Below, one piece after another: positions 53,392 to 64,000 of a DNA stretch of 64,000 bases (positions within the stretch are counted from its first letter, which is position 1; the number at the start of each line of letters is the position of its first letter). The stretch lies in NCBI GenBank assembly GCA_963754315.1, contig CAVWFS010000013.1, positions 1-64,000 on the forward strand, given 5' to 3'. The translations under genes were made by a program, and so were the position numbers. Origin of the DNA: an uncultured Candidatus Rokubacteria bacterium. Its GTDB lineage: Bacteria; Methylomirabilota; Methylomirabilia; Rokubacteriales; CSP1-6. The notes under the pieces were generated by a model, which was not told the origin of the DNA, did not search any database, and saw only the letters and a list, made by a program, of their open reading frames with translations.

Positions 53392-54552
53392 TCAGCGCTC
53401 AGCCGTCAGGTTGTACAGCCGAGCGCAGTTGTCCCACAGGATCTTGGCCTTGGTCTTCTCGCTGACCCCTTCCAGATGCACGAACTCCTCGATGGCCACC
53501 GGGAAGAGCCCATCCGAGTGCGGGTAGTCGGTGGAGACCACGATGTTGTCGTCGCCGATCGCCTCCACCACCTGGCGCAGCGGCTTCTCGTCGGCATCGG
53601 TCGCCACGTAGCACTGGCGGAAGAAGTACTCGCTGGGCAGCTTGGAGATCTGCACCTCGGAGCCGGGGCCGAACTTCTCCCAGGCTTCGTCCAGCCGCCA
53701 GAGCCACCAGGGCAGCCATCCGCAGGTGCCCTCCAGGAAGGCGCAGCGCAGGCGCGGATGGCGCTCCAGCACGCCACCCGCCGCCATGCTGTCGAAGGCC
53801 ATCATCAGCTCGATAGGATTGCGCCCGGCCACCCCGATGACGCGCCCGTTCGGCGTGTCGACATAGCGGCGCGCGATGTCATCGCGGAGCGACGACTGGC
53901 CGGTTGGATGGAAGCCGATCGGCACCCCCAGCTCCTCCACCGCGTTCCACAGCGGCTCGAAGGCGGGATCGTGGATATGACGGCCGTTGATCGGGTTGGG
54001 GTTGCCGATCACGGCGATCGCCCCCAGCTCGCGGACGGCGCGACGCGCTTCGGCCACCGCGCCGGGGATGTCGTGGAAGGCGAGCTGCGCGGCAAACTTC
54101 AGGCGCTTCGGGTCGAGGGCGCAGAAGTCGCGCGTCCAGTTGTTATGCGCGCGGGCGAGGGCAGCGGCCACGGCCGGCTCCAGGTCATCGTGCATGAGCA
54201 CCTGCCGTCCCCGTGTGCCGTAGATCACGGCGACGTCGATGCCCTCGATGTCCATGGCCTGCAGGTGTGTCTCGGAGTCATAGCCCCGCGCGTGGGCCAC
54301 CGCATAGTGCGGATGGCGAGCGAACGAGCGCTCGTGCAGATCCTTGCCGACCTTCGCCGTCCGCGCGCGCTTGGAGAACTCGGCCAGCTCGAGATTACCG
54401 ATGCTGATGACTGGCTGGTTCGGGGCGTTGTCCTCGCGCCGGGTGAACTTCGGCGCGAACTTCTTGAAGGGCTCGTCGAGGTACCGTTCCCACAGTCCGT
54501 CGGGCTCCATCGTGTGCAGATCGCTGTCGAGGACCTTGAACCCGTTCTTCAT
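53392..54552 (-). CDS. Amidohydrolase family protein (Amidohydro_2)
   Basis: MKNGFKVLDSDLHTMEP; GFHP; GGVLERHPRL; STDYPHSD; GGAGGG SD. Confidence 0.9.
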   Translation of the reverse strand: MKNGFKVLDSDLHTMEPDGLWERYLDEPFKKFAPKFTRREDNAPNQPVISIGNLELAEFSKRARTAKVGKDLHERSFARHPHYAVAHARGYDSETHLQAMDIEGIDVAVIYGTRGRQVLMHDDLEPAVAAALARAHNNWTRDFCALDPKRLKFAAQLAFHDIPGAVAEARRAVRELGAIAVIGNPNPINGRHIHDPAFEPLWNAVEELGVPIGFHPTGQSSLRDDIARRYVDTPNGRVIGVAGRNPIELMMAFDSMAAGGVLERHPRLRCAFLEGTCGWLPWWLWRLDEAWEKFGPGSEVQISKLPSEYFFRQCYVATDADEKPLRQVVEAIGDDNIVVSTDYPHSDGLFPVAIEEFVHLEGVSEKTKAKILWDNCARLYNLTAER

Positions 54553-55663
54553 GCACTCCCTCCTGGGTCGACGCGAAAGCGCTTCAGGGCAGCCGGGTCG
54601 ATGGTCGCCCCGAGGCCGGGCGCGTCGGGCAGGCGAATGACGACCTCCCTCGAGCCGTGCCGGCTCGTCCACGACGTCGCCCGCCATCTTCAGCGGCCCC
54701 ACAGCCTCACAGCCATCGATGACGGCCCGGCTCACCGCCGCCACCGCAGCTTCCGCGTACGTGGACAGGGTGAGACCGAAGCCGTGTCCGAGCACCACGC
54801 GAAGCCCGGCGGCCTCGGCGCACTGGACCATGGCGAGGGTGCGCAGCAAGCCTCCCTGCTTCATGACCTTGACCTTCACCAGGTCGGCCGCCTCGCGGCG
54901 GATGATCTCCACCAGAGCGGCCGGGCTCGACACGCTCTCGTCGGCCATGAGCGGGATGCCGATACCACGGCGGATCCGGGCGAGGCCCGCGATGTCGTGG
55001 CGGGAGATCGGCTGCTCGACGAGCGTCAGCCCGTATGGCGTGAGACGCGGAATGAAGGCAAGCGCCTCGTCGAGAGACAGGCTCTCGTTGAAATCCACCC
55101 GCAGCGCGAGCCGGTCCCCCACTGCTTGCCGGACAGCGGCCACCCGCTCGATCCCTTCGCTGGTCGCGCCCGCGACCTTGATCTTTGCCGTCCGAAATCC
55201 ACGCTCGTACCACGCCGAGAGCCTCGGCCGCGGCCTGCGCCGGGGCGACGGTGCCGATCCAGGCGTTGAGGGTGACGGTGTCCTTCACCCGGCCGCCCAG
55301 CAAGGTGTGAACGGGCAGGCCGAGGGCCCGTGCCTTCAGGTCGACCAATGCCATTTCGATGGCTGCCTTGGCTTCGGAAGCTTCGGTCACCGCGCTGTCC
55401 ATTCGCGCGAGCGCGGCGTGGATGTTGAACGGGTCGATTCCGAGGAGCGTCGGGGCCATTGACGCGATGGTGGCGTGGATCTGGGCTGCCGAGACGGCGG
55501 AATAGCCAGGAGTCGGGTCGACGTTGCCCCAGCCCTCAGCGCCGGTCTCGGTCGCCACGCGAACCAGCACGCTCCGCTGGCTGGCCGTGATGCCGTGCAC
55601 GCCGTGGACAGGATCACGGAGGGGCACGTCGACGAGGATCGGCTCCACGGCTACCACCCGCAT
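54549..55663 (-). CDS. Mandelate racemase / muconate cycloisomerase family enolase; frameshifts ~55215 and ~54640
   Basis: MRVVAVE; AAIEMALVDL; TAKIKV (KxK); RVDFNE; EQP; ADES; KVMKQGG; PGLG. Confidence 0.85.
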
Positions 55664-55748
55664 GGTCTCCCGGAGCATGGCGTGACCGGCGGGCCCCGTC
55701 AAGGGCGGCACGTGAATCTTGCGGGGTCGGCCGGGTGCCACACGTTGC

Positions 55749-57101
55749 TCACGGCAGGAGGTTCTTGAGGATCTTTCCATCCTTCATGATGACCACGAGG
55801 GTTCTGCCTGGATCCTCGAGCAGCTGGATGTTCGTCAGGGGGTCGCCGTCCACCAGGAGGAGATCCGCCAGCGCGCCTTCCTGCACCACGCCCAGACGGC
55901 CGGGGTATGGATCACGCGGGCCCGCCAACTTCAACAACTGAGCATTGGTGGCGGTGGCCATCGTCAGCAACTCCGGCGCGCTGTACCACTTGCGCATCTT
56001 GGTCAGCTCAGCCCCCTGGCGGGCGGCGAGGTCCGCCGAGAAGAGCAGGTCGGTTCCAAAGGCCATCTTGAGCCGGTACTTCTTCGCGAGAGCGATGGTC
56101 CGTTCGGTGCCCGCAATCACCTGCAGGAGGCGAAGGCGGTTGGCGGGTGCCATGGTCGCGCCCGCCGCGTCGTCCGTGAAGGGTTGAAAGCTCAGCCAGA
56201 TGCCGTTCCGGGCCATGAGCTCGGCGGTCGCCTCATCCATCAGATGGCCGTGCTCGATGACCTTGACCCCGGCTGCGATCGCCCGCTGTATGGCGGCCGG
56301 GGTATAGGCATGGGCGGCGACATATGTGCCCCAGTTCTCGGCTGCCTGCACGGCGGCTCTCAACTCGTCCTCGTTGAAGGTCGAAACGTCCAGCGGGCTA
56401 TGCGGCGACGCCACCCCCCCGCCCGCGGTCAGCTTGATCTGCGAGGCTCCCAGCAAGAGCTGCTCGCGCGCACGAACCCGTACCTCGTCAGGTGAGTCGG
56501 CCACCATGCTGCCGTTGATGAGCTCCATGCGCGATAGCGGCCCGCCCAGTCTCCGTGGCAATTCAGACGGACTGCGGAAATCGCCATGACCGCCCGTGAT
56601 GGTGATCACCGCGCCAGACGGATAGACGCGCGGACCGACCACCAGGCCCTCGTCGATGGCGCGCTTCAATCCGAATGATGGCCCCCCCAGATCCCGCACC
56701 GTCGTGAACCCGCGCATGAGGGTGGCCTCTGCCTCCACGCCGGCCAACAGGTTCAAATAGCCGGGGTCGCCGTCGATCGATTGCGACGGCGAGGGTCGCG
56801 CCAGCATCGTGTGCCAGTGATTGTCGATCAGGCCGGGCATCAGGGTGCGCCCGCCGCCCCGGATTCGCTGCACGGTCACGCCGGCCGGGTCGGCGATTGA
56901 CGCGGTCGAGATCGCGTTGATGACGTTGCCCACCACCAGAACGTTCGACGGCCCCGACAGACGGTCGGTGGTCCCGTCGAAGATGCGGACGTTCTCGAAA
57001 AGCACTCCGCCCGCCGGCCGGTCCTGGGCAAGGGTGACCGACGCCCAGACGCAGCCAACAACGAGAAAGACGGTCCACAGATGTTCACGCAGGCGGTACA
57101 T
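55749..57101 (-). CDS. Exported amidohydrolase (Xaa-Pro dipeptidase / imidazolonepropionase-like)
   Basis: Signal peptide; MPGLIDNHWH; GFTTVRDLGG; TGGHGD; AHAY; IEHG; FGTD. Confidence 0.9.
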   Translation of the reverse strand: MYRLREHLWTVFLVVGCVWASVTLAQDRPAGGVLFENVRIFDGTTDRLSGPSNVLVVGNVINAISTASIADPAGVTVQRIRGGGRTLMPGLIDNHWHTMLARPSPSQSIDGDPGYLNLLAGVEAEATLMRGFTTVRDLGGPSFGLKRAIDEGLVVGPRVYPSGAVITITGGHGDFRSPSELPRRLGGPLSRMELINGSMVADSPDEVRVRAREQLLLGASQIKLTAGGGVASPHSPLDVSTFNEDELRAAVQAAENWGTYVAAHAYTPAAIQRAIAAGVKVIEHGHLMDEATAELMARNGIWLSFQPFTDDAAGATMAPANRLRLLQVIAGTERTIALAKKYRLKMAFGTDLLFSADLAARQGAELTKMRKWYSAPELLTMATATNAQLLKLAGPRDPYPGRLGVVQEGALADLLLVDGDPLTNIQLLEDPGRTLVVIMKDGKILKNLLP

Positions 57102-57249
57102 CAGCGTGTCCCCCCGGAGTCAATAGACGTGATGGCGGATGGGCAAATCGAAATTCCCTCCAGACGCCGGGCAGGCCCGAGGAAGACCCTCCTCCCTCAT
57201 CGACGTCGGGGACGGGATGATCGCCGCCGCCGCATGATAGCATCGCGCC

Positions 57250-58467
57250 ATGCGCCAGGGCTTTCGCGTGATCGACGCCGACACCCACGTCAATCCCTCT
57301 CTCGACGTCCTGCTTCGCTATGCCGACCGTGCCCTGCGCGACCGGCAGGCTGATCTGCAGCCCTACACGAGGACGATCAAGCCGGTGCCCGGACGTGGCG
57401 ATGCCGAGGACGTCGAAGCCTGCGCGACATTGTCGATCAAGCCCGTGCGCCTGCAGCGGGTGGCGGGCGAGAAGCCCCCTCCCCCGACGCCGGTCGGCGC
57501 TGATCGCGGCTTCCTGTCGGGACGCACGCAGATGGTTACGCGGCAACCGATCACCGCGCGGGTTGCCGAGGACAACGCCAAGGGCCGGCTCCGGGACATG
57601 GACGTCGAGGGCCGTGATATCGACTTCATCATTCCGGGACCGTGGGCATACGGAGCCCCCGCGCTGCCGACCCCGCTGGCCCAGGGGCTGTACGGTGCCT
57701 ATCACCGGTACATGGCCGATTACTGCGCCGCCGATTCACGCCGCCTCAAGAGCATGGTCCTGGCTCTCGCCACCGATCCGGCGTGGAGCGCCGAGGTGAT
57801 CGAGAAGCACGCGCGCGAAGACTGGGTGGCCGCGGTGTGGCCTCTCCTCCCCGAGGGCATGCCGGTGGACGATCCCGACCTGGAGCCCATCTGGGCGGCC
57901 GCCAGCGCCGCCGGGCTGCCCATCATGTTCCATGCGTTCACCATCGAGACCCCGTACTTTCCAGGGTATCGCGACGTCTGGGACAACCCGGCCATGGGCC
58001 GCTGCGCCGGCCAGACGTGGGGCGGCCAGCGGTTTCTGTCCTTCATGCTCATGGGCGGCATGCTCGACCGCTACCCTAATCTCAAGGTGGGCGCCCTGGA
58101 GAGCGGCCACGGGTGGCTGCCCCACTGGCTTGTGCGCTTGACGCGGCAGATCGACTACGTGCGCGGGTCGGTCTCACCCGCCCTGAAGCACACGCCTCTC
58201 GAGTACGCCCAGATGGGCCGCGTCTTCTGCAGCATCGATTTCTCCGAGGGAGCGGGGCTCACCAAGGCCACGATCGACCTGCTCGGCGATCACGTGCTCA
58301 TGTTCGCCTCGGACTACCCGCATCCGGAGACCATCTTCCCCGATCACGCCGATTCGGTGCTGGCCTGGCGGCACGATCTGGGCGAGCCGGCCATGCAGAA
58401 GCTCATGTGGGAGAACGCGGCCCGCTTCTTCCGCCTGACCTCCACGCCGTGGAGCGATCGACCGTAG
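57250..58467 (+). CDS. Amidohydrolase family protein (Amidohydro_2)
   Basis: VIDADTHV; MFHAF; GMLDRYPNLK; ASDYPHPE; WENAARFF. Confidence 0.9.
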   Translation: MRQGFRVIDADTHVNPSLDVLLRYADRALRDRQADLQPYTRTIKPVPGRGDAEDVEACATLSIKPVRLQRVAGEKPPPPTPVGADRGFLSGRTQMVTRQPITARVAEDNAKGRLRDMDVEGRDIDFIIPGPWAYGAPALPTPLAQGLYGAYHRYMADYCAADSRRLKSMVLALATDPAWSAEVIEKHAREDWVAAVWPLLPEGMPVDDPDLEPIWAAASAAGLPIMFHAFTIETPYFPGYRDVWDNPAMGRCAGQTWGGQRFLSFMLMGGMLDRYPNLKVGALESGHGWLPHWLVRLTRQIDYVRGSVSPALKHTPLEYAQMGRVFCSIDFSEGAGLTKATIDLLGDHVLMFASDYPHPETIFPDHADSVLAWRHDLGEPAMQKLMWENAARFFRLTSTPWSDRP

Positions 58468-58554
58468 CCAGCGCCCGCCGTCTCCCGTGGTCGTGGCCCG
58501 CTGTATCCGCAACGGTACGTTGAAGTTCGGCCGGCCAGGCGATAGATTGGCCCC

Positions 58555-59007
58555 ATGGCGGACCAGAGGCCCCGGAATCTCGATCCGGGCATCCGGCTGA
58601 TCCTGGAAGAGCTGCGCGATCTGCGGCTCGAGATGCGAGCCGACCGCCGGCGGGTAGCCGAGGAACGTCGTGAGGACCGCCAGCGCGTCGAGGAAGAGCG
58701 GCGGCGCTACGATGAAGAGCGGCGGCGCTCGGACGAACGCTTCGAGCGGATGATGGGGGATTTTGAGCAGAGATCCGCCCGCCGGGAGGCGGCGACTCAG
58801 CGAGCCTTCAAGGATATCCGCATCGTCGGCCTCTCAATCGTCAAGACCCTGAATCATCACACGCGAATCCTCGAACGCATCGACCGCAAGCTCGGAGCTC
58901 AGGGCAACGGCCGCCCTGGGCACGAGGAGGCGGCGGCGCTCCTCCCCGGAGATAGTTCCGGAACCCTCACTCCTCGAGCAGCACGCAGTGCCGCGGGTCG
59001 GCGCTGA
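58555..59007 (+). CDS. Hypothetical charged coiled-coil protein
   Basis: E/R-rich heptads (EERRRYD-EERRRSD) encoded by a 21-bp-period repeat at 58693 and 58714. Confidence 0.55.
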   Translation: MADQRPRNLDPGIRLILEELRDLRLEMRADRRRVAEERREDRQRVEEERRRYDEERRRSDERFERMMGDFEQRSARREAATQRAFKDIRIVGLSIVKTLNHHTRILERIDRKLGAQGNGRPGHEEAAALLPGDSSGTLTPRAARSAAGRR

Positions 59008-60056
59008 CGAACACTTCGTCGCCCTCAGCGTGGTGATCGGGGTCGGCCGAGCGCACGATGAGCTGACGGCCGTCCCAGTCGACGTGGTACTGCGTGAAAT
59101 CGCCCTGGAACACGCGCTGCCGCACGCGCGCCGGCCACGCGTTGACCACGTCGCGGGGCGGCTGCGCTCGAGGCGAAGGCGGACGGTGCGCACGGCCATC
59201 AGGGCCTCGGCCCCCCGCAGGAGCCGGCTCCGGTGCCGTGGACCAGCGCACCGCCGGCCGTCTCGATGACCACCAGGCCGTCACGCTCGAGATCGGGGCG
59301 GCGGCGACCTCGGATCAGGTTGGCCGACCCGACGAAGTCGGCCACGAAGGTGTTGCGCGGTCGGTCGTAGATCTCGCCCGGCGTGCCCACCTGCTCGATG
59401 GCGCCGTCCCGCATCACCACGATACGGTCCGAGATGGCCAGCGCCTCCTCCAGGTCGTGGGTGACGTACACCGAGGTGACGTCGAGGCGACGCTGGAGCT
59501 CCTTGAGCTCCACCCGCATCTCGGCTCGCAGCTTGGCGTCGAGGTTCGACAGTGGCTCGTCGAACAGCAGCACGGACGGGGAGAACACGAAGGCACGGGC
59601 CAGGGCGACCCGCTGCTGCTGGCCTCCCGAGAGCTTCGACGCGCTGCGCGCACCGAGGTCGCCGAGCTGCACGAGCTCGAGGGCCTCGCGCACCCTGGTC
59701 GCCACCTCGGCCTCAGGTCGCCGGCGCACTCGGAGGCCGTACGCAACGTTGTCGAAGACGCTCATGTGGGGCCAGATGGCGTACGACTGGAACACCATCG
59801 AGAGCCCGCGACGCTCGGCGGGCACGTTCACCCGCGGCGAGGATGAGAAGACGGGGCTGCCGCCGATCCGGATCTCGCCGGAGGTTGGCTGTTCCAGCCC
59901 CGCAATGGCCCGCAGGGTGGTCGTCTTGCCGCAGCCGGAGGGGCCAAGCAAGGTGAGGTGCTCACCGGCCGCCACCGTGAACGTGACACCGCGCACCGCC
60001 GTCACGGCGCCGTAGCGGACCACCAGGTCGCGGACCTCGATCGAGGCCTGGCTCAC
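58967..60056 (-). CDS. ABC ATP-binding protein (FbpC/PotA-like) with TOBE domain; frameshifts ~59160-59210
   Basis: [38 protein letters not shown]-like tail ..[16 protein letters not shown]. Confidence 0.88.
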
Positions 60057-60057
60057 G

Positions 60058-61758
60058 TTACTCGCCGCCTGGCTGCGTGACCCGGCGGGCCACGATGAAG
60101 AGCAGCGCCAGCGCGCCCGCCACCGCCAGGGTCTGGAGCAGCGCCAGGGCGGCGGTCAGCTCGGTGCTGGTCGAGAACCAGGACTCCACGATGGCTGGTG
60201 TGATGACCTTGGCGTTCGGCCCCGTCAACAGAATCGACGCACCGAGCTCACGGACGCTGGCGATGAAGAGAAGGAGCCAGGCGGCGATCAGGCCCGGCTT
60301 GAGGAGGGGCATGGTGACGGTGCGCAGGCGATGGCCCCACGTCGCCCCGCACATCTGGGCGGATTCCTCGAGCGAGCGGTCGATCTGAAGGATGACGCCC
60401 GAGATCGTCCGCAGTCCCAGTGGCAGGAACACCGTGAGGTAGGCGATGAGCAAGAGCCAGAGCGTCCCGTAGATGGGCAGCGGGAAGACCAGCCACGCCC
60501 ACATCATTCCGAAGGCGAAGACCAGCCGCGGCACCGCCTGGGGGAACATCAGCAAGTATTCGATGATCCCGGCTCCGGGCAGCCGCGAGCGATAGATCAG
60601 CCACGAGAGGAACCCCATCAGGATCACGCCGATGCTGGCAGTGGCGAGACCGAGAAGCAGGCTGTTCCACAGCGCCGACCGCACCGCGTCGAGCGACAGA
60701 GCGGTCACGTAATTGGCCAAGGTGAAGTTGTCGGCGCGCGGGAACACGGTGGTCAGTCGCTGGAACGAAGCGTACACGATGGTCAGCACCGGCAGGATTA
60801 CCGCAACGCCGAGATAGCCCACGCAGGCGGCCAGGAGCGGCCAGCGCAGACCGCCCACGTCCATGACCCGAGGCCGGAACGCCTTTCCGGTGATGGTGGC
60901 ATAGCTGCCGGCCGTCACGATGCGCCGGTACGTCCACACCATCACAAACATGACGGCGAACAGCGACACGCCCATGGCCGCCGCCGTCGGGAAACGCGGC
61001 GGATACTGAGAGACGAGCTGATACATGGCGGTGGTCACCACGTAGAAACGGCTGGGCAGCCCGAGCACGAGGGCGGCCGAGAAGGATCCCAGCATCTCGG
61101 CGAAGACGAAGATCGCCGCCCCCAGGACGCCAGGCAGGACCAGCGGTAACGTGATGCGAAGCATGGTACGCAGCCGGCCAGCGCCCAGGACTTGCGAGGC
61201 TTCCTCCAGGGCGGGATCCATCGACTTCATGACGGCCCCGATCATCACGAAAGCGACCGAGCCCTCGAACAGGGCCATGACCCAGGCGATCCCCCACGGC
61301 GTGTTGATGTCGATGAGGTGGCCTTCAGCGCCGAGCGTCCGCCATAGCTGGTTCACGAACCCACCGCTGGGCGAGCCGATGATGGCCCAGGCCAGCGCGC
61401 CCATGAGCGGCGTGACGTAGTAGGGCAGCGCCATGAGCTGCTCGAACACCGCCCGCCCGGGAACGTTCGTGCGCGAGAGGATCCAGCCCATCGCGAATCC
61501 GAAGACGATGGCGAGGACCGTCGCCGCCGCCGCCACGAGCAGGGTGTTGCCGAAGATGTGGGCGTAGCGGTCCAGACCTCTGAAGTTGTCGAGTCCATAG
61601 GCCTCCGGTGGGCGAGCCTGCGGGTCGCCCACGCTGAGGGAGGCCTGGATCAGATAGACGATCGGGTAGAGGACGAGGATGGCGGCGACGCCCCCCACGA
61701 GTACACTGACGAGCCGCGGGCCCGGTCGCCAGGACCGGGCCCGCTCGAAGTCCGCCAC
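60058..61758 (-). CDS. Fused two-domain ABC permease (FbpB-like)
   Basis: About 12 TM; two EAA loops ([20 protein letters not shown]); GTG start chosen just after the SBP stop. Confidence 0.9.
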   Translation of the reverse strand: MADFERARSWRPGPRLVSVLVGGVAAILVLYPIVYLIQASLSVGDPQARPPEAYGLDNFRGLDRYAHIFGNTLLVAAAATVLAIVFGFAMGWILSRTNVPGRAVFEQLMALPYYVTPLMGALAWAIIGSPSGGFVNQLWRTLGAEGHLIDINTPWGIAWVMALFEGSVAFVMIGAVMKSMDPALEEASQVLGAGRLRTMLRITLPLVLPGVLGAAIFVFAEMLGSFSAALVLGLPSRFYVVTTAMYQLVSQYPPRFPTAAAMGVSLFAVMFVMVWTYRRIVTAGSYATITGKAFRPRVMDVGGLRWPLLAACVGYLGVAVILPVLTIVYASFQRLTTVFPRADNFTLANYVTALSLDAVRSALWNSLLLGLATASIGVILMGFLSWLIYRSRLPGAGIIEYLLMFPQAVPRLVFAFGMMWAWLVFPLPIYGTLWLLLIAYLTVFLPLGLRTISGVILQIDRSLEESAQMCGATWGHRLRTVTMPLLKPGLIAAWLLLFIASVRELGASILLTGPNAKVITPAIVESWFSTSTELTAALALLQTLAVAGALALLFIVARRVTQPGGE

Positions 61759-61769
61759 GCCAGGGAGGC

Positions 61770-62876
61770 TCAGAGCCCCATGATCGAGTTCCACTCCTTC
61801 ACGAACTGGCCATGACTGGCCGCGTAATCGCCCCAGTCGGAGGGGAACAGGAGCTTGAAGTCCGACAGCCGCTTGCCGGTCGGCATCGGTCCCGCGTCAC
61901 TTCGCAGGGAGCCATAGAGCAGGATCTTCTGGTTCTGGTACACGAGCTGGCCGCGCTTGGAGAGGGCCCAGTCGACGAAGAGCTTGGCCGCCTCGGGATG
62001 GGGAGCGCGATTGACCACGCCGATGTAGAACGAAATCGCGGGCAGCCCGTCGGCCGGCGACACGAACTCGATGTCGGCGCCCTTTTCCTGGAAGAGCGTG
62101 TACCCGGCATATTCGGCCAGTGCGCACAGGCGATCGTCTCCCTTCGACAACCGGTCGAACAGCTGGGCACGCGAGTCGAACCCGCGCGGACGCTGCTTGG
62201 CGAATTCCGGCCAGAAGTCGTTGCCGTACAGCTTGCGCAGCATGTACCACTGGGCGTGCTGCATGCCGGAGGTGGCGAGCTTGGCGCTGATCCCATCCTT
62301 GAAGATCGGATTGTTGATGTCCTTCCACGCCTTGGGCGCCTGCTCCGGCTTCACCTTGGCGCGGTTGTAGGAGATCCCCGAGAACGAGACGCCGCCCCAG
62401 CCGTAATAGCCGGGAGGATTCGACTGGTACTCGGCCTTGTACCCGGCATACTCGGGCGAGGGGTAGAGCTCGTATCCGCCCTTCTTCTGGAAGTCGATGG
62501 CCGGCGAGATGTCCGAGAGTTGCAGGACGTCCACGCCGAAGCGTCCCGCCGAGCGCTCCGCGGTGATCTTGGCGTAGAGCGCCCCCGTCTGAAGCCGCAC
62601 GTAGCTGGTCTTGATCTTGGGGAAATCCTTCTTGAACGCGTCCAGGAGCACGCCGATTCCGGCCTCGCCGTCATGGCCGTAGTAGACGACCTCACCCTCC
62701 TGCTCGGCCTTGGCGACATCGGCGCCCGTCTGAAAGTCCAGCACCTTGGTGACGCGCACTGCAGTCTGCGCCTGGGCGAGCGGCGCGCCGGCCAGGATGG
62801 GTCCGGCGGCAGCGGCGAGCGCTCCCGTCCGCAGAAAGCGGCGGCGCGTGATCGTGGTCGGGAGGGATTCGGTCAT
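61770..62876 (-). CDS. ABC substrate-binding protein (FbpA/AfuA-like class), Tat signal
   Basis: TRRRFLR..AQA; EGEVVYY; APHPEAAKLFVDWALS; GAGGAG SD. Confidence 0.9.
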   Translation of the reverse strand: MTESLPTTITRRRFLRTGALAAAAGPILAGAPLAQAQTAVRVTKVLDFQTGADVAKAEQEGEVVYYGHDGEAGIGVLLDAFKKDFPKIKTSYVRLQTGALYAKITAERSAGRFGVDVLQLSDISPAIDFQKKGGYELYPSPEYAGYKAEYQSNPPGYYGWGGVSFSGISYNRAKVKPEQAPKAWKDINNPIFKDGISAKLATSGMQHAQWYMLRKLYGNDFWPEFAKQRPRGFDSRAQLFDRLSKGDDRLCALAEYAGYTLFQEKGADIEFVSPADGLPAISFYIGVVNRAPHPEAAKLFVDWALSKRGQLVYQNQKILLYGSLRSDAGPMPTGKRLSDFKLLFPSDWGDYAASHGQFVKEWNSIMGL

Positions 62877-62987
62877 GCGGTGATCTCCTCTTCCTTGGGG
62901 ATGTGAAACGAAGGCCTCGCCTCCGTAGCATACGGCAGGGCACGGTCCGGAGCCATGTCCTGCGCCCGCGTCTTCCGCAGACGACGC

Positions 62988-63863
62988 TCAGACGCGTGCG
63001 GCCTCCTTGAAGCGTCGAAGGGTCTCGATGTGCTGATCGGGCTTGGTCAGGCCGATGCGCATGGTATCGACGGAAAGGTGCGTGATGCCTCGCAGCGAGC
63101 GCCAGGCGGCAATCTCGCTCGACCAGCGATCCGGCTCGAGCCGAGCCAACGTGACCCGACCTTCGATGCCGAAGGCAGCGGGATCCCGCCCGGCCGCCTT
63201 CACGAGTTGATGAACCTTGTCGACGGTAGCCTGGGCAGCGGCGTCGGGACGGATGTTTCCGGACCAGATCCAGCCGTCGGCCAGCCTTGCTGCCCGACGC
63301 ATCACAACGTCGCTGTGACCACCCATCCAGACGGGAATGGGCCGTTGCACGGGCAGCGGATTGATACCGGCCTCGGTGATGCGATGCTCGCCGCCGGCAA
63401 AGGTCACGAGGTCTTTCGTCCACAGCGCTCTCAGGACTGCCACCTGCTCCTCGATGCGCTTGCCCCTCGCGTGGAAATCTTCGCTGAGGGCCTCATACTC
63501 GACGGGGTTCCAGCCGACGGCCACTCCCAGGCGAAGCCGCCCTCCCGAGAGGACGTCGACGGCCGCCGCTTGCTTGGCGACGAGCGCGGTCTGCCGCTGG
63601 GGTAGGATGACGATCCCGGTCGCAAGTCCCAGGCGACGGGTGGCCGCCGCCAGGTAGCCGAACAGCACGAACGGCTCGTGAAACGCGTCTCGATGACCGT
63701 AGGGACCGGTCAGATCCCGGTGGCGCTCCCGGTTGGCGCCGAGCACGTGATCGAAGACCAGGGTGTGCGTGTAGCCCAGCGCTTCAACGGCTTGGGCATA
63801 GTCGCGAATGCCGTGAGGGTCGTTGCCGATGTCGGTTTGGGGAAACACCACGCCGATGTCCAT
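62988..63863 (-). CDS. LLM class (probably F420-dependent) oxidoreductase
   Basis: GGAGGTG SD; FDHVLG; HEPF; ILPQRQ; SGGRLRLG..GWN..EY; PIPVWMGG; RAARLADGW. Confidence 0.9.
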   Translation of the reverse strand: MDIGVVFPQTDIGNDPHGIRDYAQAVEALGYTHTLVFDHVLGANRERHRDLTGPYGHRDAFHEPFVLFGYLAAATRRLGLATGIVILPQRQTALVAKQAAAVDVLSGGRLRLGVAVGWNPVEYEALSEDFHARGKRIEEQVAVLRALWTKDLVTFAGGEHRITEAGINPLPVQRPIPVWMGGHSDVVMRRAARLADGWIWSGNIRPDAAAQATVDKVHQLVKAAGRDPAAFGIEGRVTLARLEPDRWSSEIAAWRSLRGITHLSVDTMRIGLTKPDQHIETLRRFKEAARV

Positions 63864-64000
63864 ACGTCACCTCCGGGCGTGCATCGCTCTCGTCCTGCGA
63901 AGCCGCACTCTACGCCGGCCGCACCGCCGAGACAAGCGGCCCGTCGGCGAATGACATGAGCCACGCGGGGCCGCTTGCGTGCGACTCGTGCCGGTGTCAT

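Noticed and set aside
53392..55143. Apparent enolase-amidohydrolase fusion (583 aa)
   Set aside because: The linker is out-of-frame gibberish; the amidohydrolase has its own SD and an ATGA overlap at 54549-54552.

Overview
This is a high-GC bacterial window with no rRNA, tRNA or CRISPR array that I can see. Its gene content suggests Ca. Rokubacteria/Methylomirabilota (inference only): double-zinc-ribbon class III cyclase/AAA/TPR proteins, several Amidohydro_2 enzymes, many ABC importers and an LLM oxidoreductase. About 20 genes are broken by 1-nt indels, which look like long-read consensus errors, so I stitched genes across frames. Left third (0.7-24.5 kb): a cyclic-nucleotide signalling and export neighbourhood. 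A cNMP-domain histidine kinase, a single-domain receiver and a sigma54 activator sit divergent from two sigma54 promoter motifs that precede a secreted metzincin protease, a Cys-repeat secreted protein and a GMC flavoenzyme pair. A class III cyclase and a TamB / Omp85 / SurA-like cluster follow, ending at a SEC-C membrane protein. Middle and right: two toxin-antitoxin pairs, catabolic operons with three complete ABC importers plus an orphan binding protein, and a divergent pair of apparently Tat-exported enzymes (deaminase and carbonic anhydrase). There is also a three-gene operon containing a hidden selenoprotein, with an in-frame UGA in a U-G-S-C motif followed by a SECIS-like hairpin, which the ORF track splits in two.
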